A model generated the notes under the pieces. The model did not search any database and was not told the origin of the DNA. It saw nothing but the letters and a program-made list of their open reading frames with translations. DNA of 64,000 nucleotides, taken from positions 95,637,916 through 95,701,915 of the forward strand of contig NC_068984.1 in NCBI RefSeq assembly GCF_001194135.2, read 5' to 3'. This DNA is from Octopus bimaculoides. Its lineage: Eukaryota. Shown piece after piece: positions 50,745 through 63,059 of the stretch (within the stretch, counting starts at the first letter, position 1; every line of letters begins with the position of its first letter). Position numbers and translations under genes: made by a program.

Positions 50745-52149
50745 CTGAAAGAAAAATTTTGTGTATGAATTACAGCAACATAATTTCATAAATTCAATAA
50801 TCATCTTCAGTTATTGAGACCAAAGTCTCTGAAGCAAGTCACATACAGTCAGTGTTTTACATTTGACTTCATTACAGCAATTACCATACATGGATATACA
50901 ATATTCTCCCTTAAATATTTTAAAGATCACATAAGTTTCTTCCTGAAATTACCAAGGTATTTATTCACTTGTATGTAGCACTCATGGTTAAAGGAATAGG
51001 TACTAACTCTACTCTCAGAATTAAGTATTAAAGCAGGATAATTAGCCGTATTATAATTGCAGGGGATCGTAGGTATTATTACATAGGTTCTTCTGCTACT
51101 ATTTGGAAATTTAGATCACATAACCATTCTTCTTCATTTAAGATTAGGAGAAAAGGTAATTTTATGAATCTTAGTTAATGTATTTGGAATTTGAAAGACA
51201 ATATAAAGTGGTCCATTATTAGTTATGTTCCATCATACAATACTACTAATTTTAAATGTGATCTTTGCCTAGAGGAAAAGTATTAAATAATTACTTCAAA
51301 ATTAAAATTATTAAATTGCAGAACCAGTACAGAAATAAGTATAGAAAAACATTTAAATACCTCAATAGTAAATAACACCTTCATTTATAATTGCTTTTCC
51401 TATAATCTAATAAGTGTAATTTTTCTAAATTTTTTTAGCATACATAAATAGCTAGATAACTACATGTCATTATGTAGAATTTCAGTTGATTTTTTATTCT
51501 TTCATTATCTACTGACATCATAACTTTAAATACTAAACTGGTTTTTCTTAGAATATTCTATTTCTTCTTAGTGTTCTTTTTGCATGGGTTCATGTATTAT
51601 AGATATTATTTCAGTTCACTTTGAATTTATCTATTTTGGGTTACCTTAATAACATTGTGTTAGCACAATGGAAATGATTATCAGTCCTGTATGGTATAAT
51701 CATGAAATAAAGATGTGTTATTCTCCATTAGTGCTCGTGTTGTTATATGTTGTTATATATGTAGACAGTGAGAGAGAGAGAGAATCACACTTAAAGTTGG
51801 TAACACATATGCACACATATTGACATACAATACATTACTTCAAAATATATACTTCGTTTTTACATATTACTCATATGGTACATAAATTTGTATTTGTTAT
51901 TCTCTCTATCTAATATTCAATATATTAATAAAGATTTTACATTTTTTCTCGTCTCTCATTTTCACACAGATGAGGACAGAACCCTAAGTAATTGCAAATA
52001 CAGACATACAGATACATGTATACACATGCACAAGTATGTACACTCACAATGATGGCCAGTATTTGCAGAAGTGCTTACTGAGGATCCAGCTTGGTCTTAA
52101 ATCCCCTCTATATAAAATATATGTATGTATATTATATATATATATATAC

Positions 52150-52648
52150 TGTTACATTCAAGATTTAAAGAAAATGAACTTGGAAATATATTACAATAGC
52201 ACTTGATAAGGTACAAAATATACAATATTATCCAATACAAATGTTATTCCGCAAGGAAATGACAATTATTAATATTGTTGGCCTGTTTTGAATGTCTACA
52301 CTATAATATATCCAGAAAAGGACATCAAGTGAATAGAATATACAGAAATAATCACCAGTAACAGTCCGGTTGACGCTCAATATACATTCATTAACGATGA
52401 ATCCAACCTCTCCTGACATCAGGTCAGCACTCTCCTCATTTCAAGTGTTCTGACATGTTTTTCTCGTCCGCTACCCTTTTTAAAGGCTTTTTTTTCCCTC
52501 TTTCTTTTTCTCACAGCACAGACTATCCGAATTTTTAAAAGGACTTTGTTTTTTTTTTATTTCCTTTTTTTTCTTTTCAAACACATAGAACAACGTTCGC
52601 ATTGCACAAACATTAAATCGAAATGTTTTTTTTTTCACGTTCATAACA
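52150..52648 (-). repeat. 3' LTR (TG...CA, ~499 bp) preceded by purine tract
   Basis: AAGAGAGGTAG|TGTTATG...ATGTAACA; 52150-52325 aligns with 55966-56140. Confidence 0.8.
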
Positions 52649-55600
52649 CTACCTCTCTTGACCCTGACCCTAACCCCTCTTGAAAAGAAAGTTTGAATCT
52701 CTGAAAACTTTTTTTTTATTAAATATAATACAATATTAAAAACCATAATATGAAGACAATTAATACAACGTGAATACAATAGATCAACAATAACATTTTA
52801 ACAGCTACCTAGATAATGCATCTGCAATAACATTTTCGGTACCACATATGTGTTTAATATTTATATGATATTGCTGGAGAATAATACTCCACCTCAGTAA
52901 TCTCTGGTTGCTATTTTTTATCTTGTTCACAAACACAAGTGGACTATGATCAGTATATACATAACAAATGGTGAAGAACACAAATATACATTGAAATGCT
53001 GTAATGCAACAAAAGAGCAAGTGCTTCCTTTTCTATGGTGGAATAATTGCATTGATGCTTGTCAAATTTTCTCAAGAAATAACACACTGGGTGATCAATA
53101 CTGTCATACTCTTGTAATAAGACAGAAACAACTCTGATATCACTTATGTCTACAGCAATCTTGAACGGTCTGTCAAAATCAGGAGCAGTTAACACTGGAG
53201 AACTGATTAACATTGATTTCACTTTATCAAAAGCAGCTCGACATTAATCACTCCATACAAATTTTGAGATTTTCTTTAACAGTGATGTCATAGGTGCAGA
53301 TACAGTTGAGAAATTAGGACAGAATTTTCTGTAGTAACCTGCTATTCCAAGGAATATCATGATTTCCTTTTTACTTTGGTATACAAGATACTTGACAATG
53401 GTTTCCACTTTGGCTCATACAGGTTTGACTTTACCTTGACCAAGCTCATAGCTGAGATAGATGACTGTTCCTTTACAAAATTTAACAAATTTATAGTCAT
53501 TTGAGCATCAGAACATTTATCAAAAAATGATCGCATTCGTTTGACATGATCAGACTAATTACTATTCACGACAATTACGCCATCAATGTATGAGTATACA
53601 CAATCTAAACCATTGATTATATGGTTCATCAATCTTTGAAAAGTGGTGCCAGAATTCTTCATGCCAAAGGGCATAACCTGGTATTGGTATAAACCATCAG
53701 GTGTTACAAAAGCAGAGATTTCTTTAGCTTTTTCTGTTAATGGAACTTACCAGGAACCTTTTAGTAAGTCAAATCTAGTCAGACATGTACAGTTTCCTAT
53801 CCTGTCAATGCAATAATTAATATGAGGAATAGAAAATGAATCACTTTTGGTCATACTGTTTACTTGAGGTTTTGCCTGGCTGTCTCCAATGCACTGTGTA
53901 GTCTGATCTTGAAGTCTGTCACATAATCTAGTAGGCTAATGGTAACACCGTCACCTCCTAGCCACTTCTCCTTCATGAGCTTCAGAGGACTATGAACAGT
54001 ACAATCATAGACAAGTTGAAAAGGACTAAATCCAAGGGATTCTTGTATGACTTCTCGGGCTGCAAACAACAGTAATGGAACTCCTTCATCCCAATCCTTG
54101 AAGTGTTCAGTGCAATAAGCCCTCATCATGTTTTTTAATGTCTGGTTGAAATGTTCTAAGGCACCTTGTGACTTAAGTTGGTAAGTGCTGGATGAGATCT
54201 GATGGATATTTAATTTGTACAGAACTTGCTGGAAAACTTTGGTCACAAAGTTGGAACCTTGGTCTGACTGTAACACTTTCGGGAGTCCAAAAGTTGTGAA
54301 GAACTTGACAAGTGACTTTAAAATGTTCTATCCTTCAGTGGGATAGCTTCTGGGAATGAGGCACACATGATGTCTTAGGTAATAGCCTAACACAGTCAAT
54401 GATGACGTGTGAGAATGGCTCTTCAAAGGCTGGAATTGGTTGTAATGGTTCACATTCTACACCTGAAATAAGCACTCTGGCTCCAATTGAAGACTTCTCA
54501 GAAAACAGAAGGACATCTTCCAAGATCAGACTCTGAGAAGCTCCAGTATCCCACAGGATTTTAATGGGCTTCAAACGGGTATCACCAACCAAAGAAACCA
54601 ATCCACCTGTGATGAATGGCATGTAGTGATCTTTAATAACATCATCAGATGTGTCAAAAGTACCAGTTTTAGGCACAACAGTGGGCTGGTCAGGGTCAAG
54701 AACCTCAGCTTCTATGATAGATGAGATGAAGGCATGAGGTATCGAAGGGTTGTTCTTGTTTTCCAATTTGTAACAATCCGAGATCAGGTATCCAGGCTTC
54801 TTACAATACAAACACTGTTTGTTGGATAAAAAAACTGGGCGTCTTGGTGTTAGAATTTGATGTTTCCTTTTTGTCGCTGTCTTCTTTTCCTTTAGATGTT
54901 TCTTGATCGCTCTTCTTTGGCTAATTTTTCTGTGGCCGAAATCTTGATGGCATCTTTTTGTGGGTGAGGGAATACTAATCAGCCAGAGTAGCAGATTTAT
55001 GTAAATTTGTGGCTTTTTGTTCATCAATATAAGTTTTTAGCTCAACAGGTACACAACTTTTGAACTCTTCAATTAACAACATTTGTCTAATTTTGTCATA
55101 ATAATCATTAAGATTATTTGATGAACACCACCTGTCAAACATTATTTCCTTTTCATGGACAAATTTAACATAAGTTTGATTGTCAAACTTCTTGTAGTTG
55201 CAAATTTTTTGCCTGTGAGCTTCAGGGACTAATTCATATGTGTTCAGAATGGTTTGCTTTACATACTTGTAATCATAACTCTACTGGATTGACAATGAAG
55301 TAAATATTTGTTGGGTTTTACCAGTGAGTACAGACTGTAACAATACTGTCCAATATTCAGTAGGCCATTTTAAATTCAGAGCTAATTTTTCAAATTGATC
55401 AAAATATTTTGTCAATACGTTTTTTACTGAATGGTGGAACGAAACAAATTTCTTTAGTAACATCAAACCTCTCGGATTTTTCTTGAGCTTCCTGCCACTC
55501 TAACTTCTTTATCAGTAGTTCCAGCTGCTGGCTTTGGTATATGGTCTCTTCTTTTTCTTTTGTCTCCATCTACATATGATCTCTCTCTAGCTAGTAGTGT

Positions 55601-55940
55601 AACTCATTTCTAACTGTTTAAGTTCTGCATCAGAACTGGTTGTTATTGGTACCAACTGCAATACATCATCTGGCAGTATGTCGTCATCGACAACAATTCA
55701 ACAACAATTCTCTTGATCTGATCTTTACTCATGGATTGTTTTACATCTAGATTAAAATGTTTACTAACATTATAATCTTACTCAAAGCATTAATAAGGTC
55801 TAAAAAGGGGTTTTGATCAAATTGATCCAAAAACGTATCAAGGCGAAATGCCATGACTGGCTATTTCCATGCAGCAATCTATAAAATATTTAATTTGAAA
55901 AATTGAACTTGGAATAATTTACCCTGTAGTGGTTTCGAAG

Positions 55941-55958
55941 ATCCCAGACGAGCCCCCA
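55941..55958 (-). promoter_or_regulatory. Primer binding site complementary to tRNA-Pro 3' end
   Basis: TGGGGGCTCGTCTGGGAT versus complement of tRNA-Pro ...ATCCCGGACGAGCCCCCA (17/18), 7 nt from the LTR. Confidence 0.85.
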
Positions 55959-55965
55959 ATTAATC

Positions 55966-56140
55966 TGTTACATTCAAGATTTAAAGTAAACAAATGCACA
56001 CATTAAAGTTAAAATACTACTTGGAAATTTACTACAATAACACATAATAAGGTAAAAAATATACAATATTATACAAGGAAATGGCAATTATTAATATTGC
56101 TGGCCCGTTTTGAATGTCTACACTATAATATATCCAGAAA
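55966..56140 (-). repeat. Truncated 5' LTR
   Basis: Homologous to 52150-52325; ends ...GTAACA next to the PBS. Confidence 0.85.
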
Positions 56141-56149
56141 AGGACAAAA

Positions 56150-58485
56150 AAATCGATACAAATTTTATTCTGTCAAGCAGCGAGTCAGAATTCAAAGGAT
56201 TTTCGATTGAAGACCTTGATAAATCTAACTCTGTAACCGAAAAAAAAAAAGGACGTGGTATTTGATAATGAACCTGATGTTTCATTTTCCAAAAGTGAAA
56301 GCAGTGAATCCGAGAGCTCCGATGACAGCGATAAAGAGAATGAATTGGTACCTGAATAGAGTGAAAATTTAAAAACTCTTTCTTTCAGTGATTTTTCTCA
56401 AGAAACTGGACCAAGTCACAGTCTTACCCAGGAGAGCAAAGCTTTGGACTATTTCTTTTTGCTTTTTCCTATGTACCTAATTGAATTGATTACGGCGGAA
56501 ACAAACCGTTACGCTGAATGCAAACAAAACGTAAAAAAGGATAGTTTGTGGTTTCCCACAAACTTGAATGAAATTAAGGCATATTTTGCCATAAATATTA
56601 TTACGGGCATTAGAAAGTTACCCAGAATAACAAATTACTGGAGTAGTGATGAACCCTTTGGAGACAAATATGTCTCAAGTATAATGACGAGGACATGATT
56701 TTTGAAATTGACTCAATATTTACATATAAGAGACATGAGCAGTACACCAGTACGTGGAGAACCAGACTTTGATCCCTTATTTAAAATAAGACCCCTCATT
56801 GATTGTGTTCAAAACACATATAAAACAGTTTATAGACCAGGGAGACATTTATCAATTGATGAGGGTATGGTGGGCTATAAAGGCCGAGTGCGTTTTCGAT
56901 AGTATATGCCAGGAAAGCCCACAAAATGGGGGATCAAAGTTTGGAAGATTTGTGAATCAAATACTGGGTACTGCTCTGGATTTCAATTTTATACTGGCAA
57001 AAGAGACAATTATGTAAGTCAGCATGGCCTAGGTTATGATGTGGTCTGGAATTTATCACTTCCATACCATAACCAGGGCCGTATATTATTTTTTGACCGC
57101 TTTTTCAGTTCGGTCAAACTTGCGGAGAATTTAGATACTGTGGCAACACATTCATGTGCTACAGTGATCGCCAGTAGAAAAGGACTGCCGTAGGATATAA
57201 AAAAAGCAAAATTAAGAAGAAAAGGTGAAATAATTCAACAGCAGAAAGGAAATTTGCTAGCGACCGCATAGAGATAAGAGGCAGATTAATTTTCTGTCTA
57301 CCTGTGCACGGCCACATGTGGATGAAAATAGCACACCATTTGTGAACCTCAATTATAACAGGTACATGGGTGGTGTAGATCGACTGAATCAGATGACATT
57401 TTATTATCCAGTTGGTAAACCAGGGAATAAATGGTGGCAATACCTGGTTTGGTATATAGTAAATATGAGTATTACTAATGCGTTTATACTATATACCAAA
57501 TCAGAGCCAGCTCGAAAGCAATGTGACCATCTGCAGTTCTGTGCAGATGTAGCAACGCAACTAAGAGCTGGTTATTCCTCAAAAAAAAATAACTGTAGGG
57601 AGAAAAAGCAAAGCCTGCCAGAGAGATATCCCTCTGAATTCAGCTGATCTCCATAAATTAGAAAAAAATCGAGGGTCACAAAAAGCAGTGTCGCGAATGC
57701 CTTCATCAAAAGAGGAAAGCTCCGAGTGGAAGGGGTGATGAAACAACTTTTCAATGTGCATTCTGCAAGGTTGCATTATGTAGAGCAGGGTGCTTTACAA
57801 GTTTTCATGATAGAAATATTGTTTGATTTGTATATATGTGTGATTTGATTTTATAAATATTTTCAAATTTACTTCGTTTTTATTTTTCTTTATGTGTAAT
57901 CTTAATTTACCTGTTATTTTAATTTACCTGTAAGGTGAGTGACGAATTTTGATTAATTTCTTTTGTAAATCATTATTGTATATTTCTGTGTATCTATGTA
58001 CATGGGAGAGTTTATTTAATCTAGTTGATGGTGTGTGTGTATTTTGTTTTCTAGTTTTCTTCACCGACAAATTCCAGTCTTTTGTTTTATTTATACCTTT
58101 ACGGTACACCTGTCTTTTGTGTGTTAAATTCACCTGATGAATCAAGTAATGTGCACAATTCTTCTATAATAATATTTTGTATTGAATATTAGCTAATAAC
58201 CTATTTTCTATAGCGATGTTTGAACAAAAATTTAAATAATTTTATATTTTGTTGAATTTACCTGTACTTACCTATAATTAGAGTCACTTTGTGACAAAAA
58301 ATTTGGTATAGAATTGGTTAGGAACCTTTCGTTAAATTATCTTCTAAAAATCACATTAATATGTTGATGAATAAAAAAGTTAGAGTTGTTTAATGAAACC
58401 AGACTAAATTTATGATTATGTTAGAAATTAATTGAAACACATAAGGGGTGTATTTTGGTTAGAAATATGGTAACGAAAGGGTTAA
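56150..58485 (+). mobile_element. piggyBac transposon (PGBD4-like transposase, decayed), right end ...AAAGGG|TTAA; left end missing
   Basis: Acidic N-terminus, ETNRYA, LSIDEGMV, MPGKPTKWGIKVW, FFDRFFSS, YNRYMGGVD, C-terminal Cys-rich domain (CAFCKVALC...CF..FH); TTAA at 58482-58485. Confidence 0.92.
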
Positions 58486-58619
58486 ATTAACTAATAATAG
58501 TCTTCTATATTTATTGTTTTCTTGGAGGGATAATTCCGTAGTAGATATGAATAAAAACCTAATAAAAATTTTCCTTGTTTACTTAATTTATTGTACGTAG
58601 TAGGTAAGAATATATCAAG

Positions 58620-58900
58620 GGATATCAACTTAGAAGCTAAAAAAATTGTGTGATTTTGATCTTGATGACAGAACTGAGCCTTTTGTGCCTAGAAGGCCCA
58701 GAATTGTTTTGAAAGATCATAAAGAAAACTTCTCCAACCCTAAAGTTAGATTAATTTGCCCAGGAAGTTCTTACCTGGGTAAATTAAGTAAAATTATTCT
58801 AGACAAGTATATTCTCAAACTTAAGGAAACATTAAAATTAGATCTCTGGTCCAATACCAAGGAAGCCATTAATTGGTTATTGTGTATGTATGTCAGAAAA
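58620..58900 (+). mobile_element. Penelope-like RT N-terminal fragment
   Basis: LKDHKENFSNPKVRLICPGSS.LGKLSKIILD...WSNTKEAINW. Confidence 0.75.
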
Positions 58901-59012
58901 TGTATATAAGTCGAAACAATTTGTTGACACAATTAAACCTTGGGAGAGGCATTATGCCGGTAATAAAGACACGCACTGGTTCAGTCCTTTATTAATTTAT
59001 ATAGTTTTTTGT

Positions 59013-59052
59013 TAAATTATTTCATTGCACTCTTGCAATCTCTTCAGTAACT
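59013..59052 (-). ncRNA. Degenerate minimal hammerhead motif
   Basis: GTTA-CTGAAGA-G-ATTGCA-AGAG-TGCAAT-GAAAT-AATT-TAAC. Confidence 0.4.
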
Positions 59053-59882
59053 TGTCTCTCCACTTCCATTTATTTTGAATATATGATTTGGCGTTGTTTT
59101 GGCGTTGTTTTGAAACTGTTCAGTATGAGCATGTGAGTGTGTGCAAGTTCGTATGTGTGCACGCTCATATGTGTGAACGCACTTATGTGTTCGTGCTTAT
59201 ATGTAAGTATGTGCGTCCATATGTATGTTTGTAACAATTTCGTTTATATCAGATCAGATAGAGACTTTTTTTTTTTTTAAATTTAAATTTAAATTTATTT
59301 ATTTACGTTCATATTCCGCATCATATGTATGAACAACACATGCAACCATGGGCCCTCATCTACGTGTATTTGGTGTTCAAAATTGGTTGCGTTTCAGTTA
59401 TGAGGACCGACTCCTGTATTTGTCGCAACGATGCGTCTAGACAGGATTTACACATACGAAATTTGTTGACTTTTATATTTTTTTAGTAATTGTTTATGTT
59501 ATATAATATTGTGTTATATTATATTCATAGTATATCATGTAATATTATAATATAAATAAACTATTGGATTGTCAATAGTATCTCTCTACTTAATTTATCT
59601 TTGTAATTGCTTTATACCCATATTTATGTGGTATTCAACCGACGTACCAGTCAATTGGATGTTTAACACACTCCTTTGAAGGATCTCTTTTCCTCAGTTT
59701 GTTACTAAATATACACACACACACACATATATATCTATATATATGAAGAGACAGAGAGTAGAATGGTATATACATAGTTTAGTGTATATATGTATATACA
59801 TTGTCTGTAACAACAACATAAAAGGGTACAAACAATTAAAAACCAACCAAAATAAGATTTATGAAAAAAAAAAATCACTCAC

Positions 59883-60013
59883 ATCTAGTGTCACTTGGGT
59901 TTCATCTACCAGAGACAACATATGATCTACAGCAACAGCTGATGTTATTAAGTTTGTGATGTCAGTACATATTGACTTCAGCATATGTTTTATCAACACA
60001 GTCTGGACAGTTT
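59883..60013 (-). CDS. UFL1: UFL1 coding exon (most 5' exon visible in window), phase 1 to 0
   Basis: Hand translation gives (E)TVQTVLIKHMLKSICTDITNLITSAVAVDHMLSLVDETQVTLD, resembling UFL1 'LTKHLLKSVCTDITNLI'. Acceptor ...tcacAG, donor GTgagt; 131 bp = 2+43x3. Confidence 0.9.
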
Positions 60014-60439
60014 CTGTGAATTAGAAAAGCACATGAATAGAATGATTTCATTTTTATTCTTCTGATGATAAACTCGTGTATCACTTTGAATTGTTAGGAG
60101 GGTGGATATTTTAAAAACTTTCTTCTTGATTTAGTGATTACTAAAAAGGTTCATGACAAAGCAATTTTAAAGTTTCTAAAAACTTGAAAGATGGAGAATA
60201 GGAGTGTCAGGTTGATAAGATGTGAAGATGTGCTTGGCTGTGGTTTAATAGCATTAAAAGATGAATGAAGCAACCCTCTTGAGGTATTGCTGTTAGAAAT
60301 CTATGCTCCCATATCAGTCCTCTTCAAAACAACAATATCGACCACATACTATAAACCACTTTGTATAGCAGACCCATGTGTGTCAGAGTTCAAACAGACC
60401 CATGTGTGTCAGTATAACAAAGGCGAAAAACAGTACTCA

Positions 60440-60640
60440 ATCATCATCATCATTTAACATCCGTGTTCCATGCTAGCATGGGTTGGATGGTTTTATATGG
60501 ATCCAATGAGTCAAGGCTGCATCATGCTCCACTGTCTGCTTTGGCATAGTTTCTATGGCTTCATACCCTTCCTAACACCAACCACTTTACAGTGGGTACT
60601 GGGTTCTATTTCTTATGCCAGTGGTACTACTGAGGTTGCC
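60440..60640 (-). mobile_element. RTE-tail-bearing SINE/LINE fragment
   Basis: (CAT)n + CCATGCTAGCATGG + cccttcctaacaccaaccac. Confidence 0.75.
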
Positions 60641-60937
60641 ATGTAGCTCACAAGTCAACAAGCACAGAAAGGGAGGATGCTGCCTTTATATCTTAGATAG
60701 GGGTTAAGGTCTTAAGGAGGAGGCTGTGATGATTCTAAAATAGAACACATAAAAACCTAACGGTATATCTTTTTCTACCTCTTTGAAGAGATTTTGCCTA
60801 ATATAATGATTTTTATAATTCCTATTTAATCTTTTTAGGCTTAATTGAAACAGCTGTAAGGGACTATGCTTGATTTTTGCAGATAATAAATTTTTATTAA
60901 ATGCTATATCACCATTTTCTTATTTTCTTTTATATAT

Positions 60938-61280
60938 CATCATCATCGTTTAATGTCTATTTTCCATGCTGGCATGGATTGGACAGTTTGACTGAGGTCT
61001 AGAGAGTCAGCAGCTGCACCAGGCTCCAATCTGATCTGGCAATGTTTCTACAGCTGGATGCCCTTCCTAACGCCAACCACTCTGAGAGTGTAGTGGGTAC
61101 TTTTTACGTGCCACCGGCACAGGAGTCAGTTAGGCAGGCCTACTTTTTACATGCCACTGGCACAGGAGACAGTCATTGGCCATGTTCAGATGGTGTTTTT
61201 TACGTGCTACAGGCACAGGAGCCAGTCAGACGGCCCTGGCATCGATCATGTTCAGGTAGTGCTTTTTATGTACCACCTCT
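60938..61280 (-). mobile_element. 5'-truncated RTE 3' UTR
   Basis: Aligns with 30352-30610. Confidence 0.85.
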
Positions 61281-63059
61281 GAGGTAGCGAACAAATCAGT
61301 AAAAAATGTTCTAAAATGTAAATTTTAAATTTAGCTTTAATTATAAAATTACATCTCACAACAGTTAAAAACATTTTTTTTTCGGCTTTTGAATTATTGC
61401 ATGTATCTTCAAATGTTTTCCATTAAATCGTAACTTTCTTTCTTTCTTTTGTTTATATTTTCGTCATTTTGTACCATTCCAATTCGTCAAACATTTGAAA
61501 TTACTATGGGGCAGAATAAGTAATTCTTGATTTCTTGTTATTTTCTCCCGACCATTTTAAAACTATTACATTGCAAGTATTGCATCATTTGCTCTGTTGC
61601 ATCATCTTTAGGAGTAAAAATTGGTCAGCAAAGTTGTTGCTGAAGATGAGAGAGTTTTGAAACACAATCAGGTGACAGGTACTCTTCTTTCAAGAACTTT
61701 TTCCTCGACTTTCACACAATTGTAATTGAGGTTGCAAATTAATTATCTGGATAATTTTTGGTGTTTAGCAATTAATATTTTTTTCTCTGTTAGATTCCAT
61801 GTCAATTTTTCCCGCACTAATGTCTAATTTGATAATTTTCCATTTCCAAAAAATTATGTCTACCTTGGGGCAGAATGAGTAATGACTAATTTCAATAATG
61901 GCAGTTTCGGATCAGAACACCCACATGTTGGATTTTCTCCGCTATGACGGTGATTTTTCCAATTTCTTTTTCCCTACGGTCTAATTTTTTCTCACCTCCC
62001 TCACTTCTCTTCCTTACCCCCATCCGGACCGATTTTGGACATTTTGTTTTTGTAGTACGCACTTAAAAACGATGGAAGAAGCCTTTACGGTTTCTCCATT
62101 TNNNNNNNNNNNNNNNNNNNNNNNNNNNNNNNNNNNNNNNNNNNNNNNNNNNNNNNNNNNNNNNNNNNNNNNNNNNNNNNNNNNNNNNNNNNNNNNNNNN
62201 NNNNNNNNNNNNNNNNNNNNNNNNNNNNNNNNNNNNNNNNNNNNNNNNNNNNNNNNNNNNNNNNNNNNNNNNNNNNNNNNNNNNNNNNNNNNNNNNNNNN
62301 NNNNNNNNNNNNNNNNNNNNNNNNNNNNNNNTTTAAGAAAAAATGAAATTTATATTTTCACAAGAAAAAGTATGTGATTTAAAGGAGATTTAGCCGTTTT
62401 TTCTAGTACATTCTACGATCACGTTTGTCACTGTCACATGTATTGATGTTTTTCAATATTTCTCTCCCTGTAAGCACATTTATGCTATTAAAAAAATTTG
62501 AAAACTTCTGATTTTTTCACACCCCATTGTTTCTGTTTGTATTTTTAAAATATTAGAGAGCCTGAGAAGATCAGTGCTGGAATTTATCCACAGTGCTTTA
62601 AAAAGGGTACCTAAAAGATAATTTGGTACTCCTTGGAATCGCCCTTCCCCCCACCATAAATTTTGAACCAGTAAAGTTTTAAAAAAATTTTTCAGATTCT
62701 TGTTTTCGATATAGGAGATTACGATTTAGCAAAAAAAAAAAATTGATTTCAATTCCCCCATCCCAATTACCTTGCTTTGTTTACGCTTGACAAGACGTAT
62801 TGTCACGAACAAAATGACAGCTTCCAAATCCTGCAGAAAGTGAAACAGCTCCAACAATTTAGCTTGGAAAAGTATATAATGTGCTAAATTTTTAAATTTT
62901 CGATAAACTTTAAGTTTTGAAATGCCTGTAGTTGGCTACCATTATAGAACCGTTAGAAGTTAGTGTCGAACATACAGTGAAGTTGATTAAAAAGTTATTA
63001 TTTAATTATGAACTTAATAGCTGATATCAGTAGCTATAATATCCGTCAGTTGCCTGACT

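Larger units (their letters stand above)
52150..56140 (-). mobile_element. Gmr1-type Gypsy LTR retrotransposon (gag-PR-INT-RT-RH), decayed with internal deletions
   Basis: KYFDQFEKLA..LKWP..YWTVLLQSVLTGK, CLYCKKPGY..SDC, ILWDTGASQS, EEPFSHVIIDC, QSDQGSNF, VMPFGMKNS, NYSTIEKE, NVIADALSR, in that order. Confidence 0.93.
1815..62331. other. Eleven assembly gaps (N runs) at about 1815-2040, 4423-5206, 6004-6159, 8599-8823, 9826-9962, 14326-14600, 18961-18970, 22149-22773, 31853-32550, 46501-46655, 62102-62331
   Basis: N runs in sequence; many ORF-track entries are artefacts of these. Confidence 1.

Noticed and set aside
52658-52680. TTAGGG-like repeats next to the Gypsy purine tract
   Set aside because: Only two to three degenerate units; not an interstitial telomere.
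1724-62377. Long ORFs in the track containing X runs
   Set aside because: They are open only because they cross N gaps.
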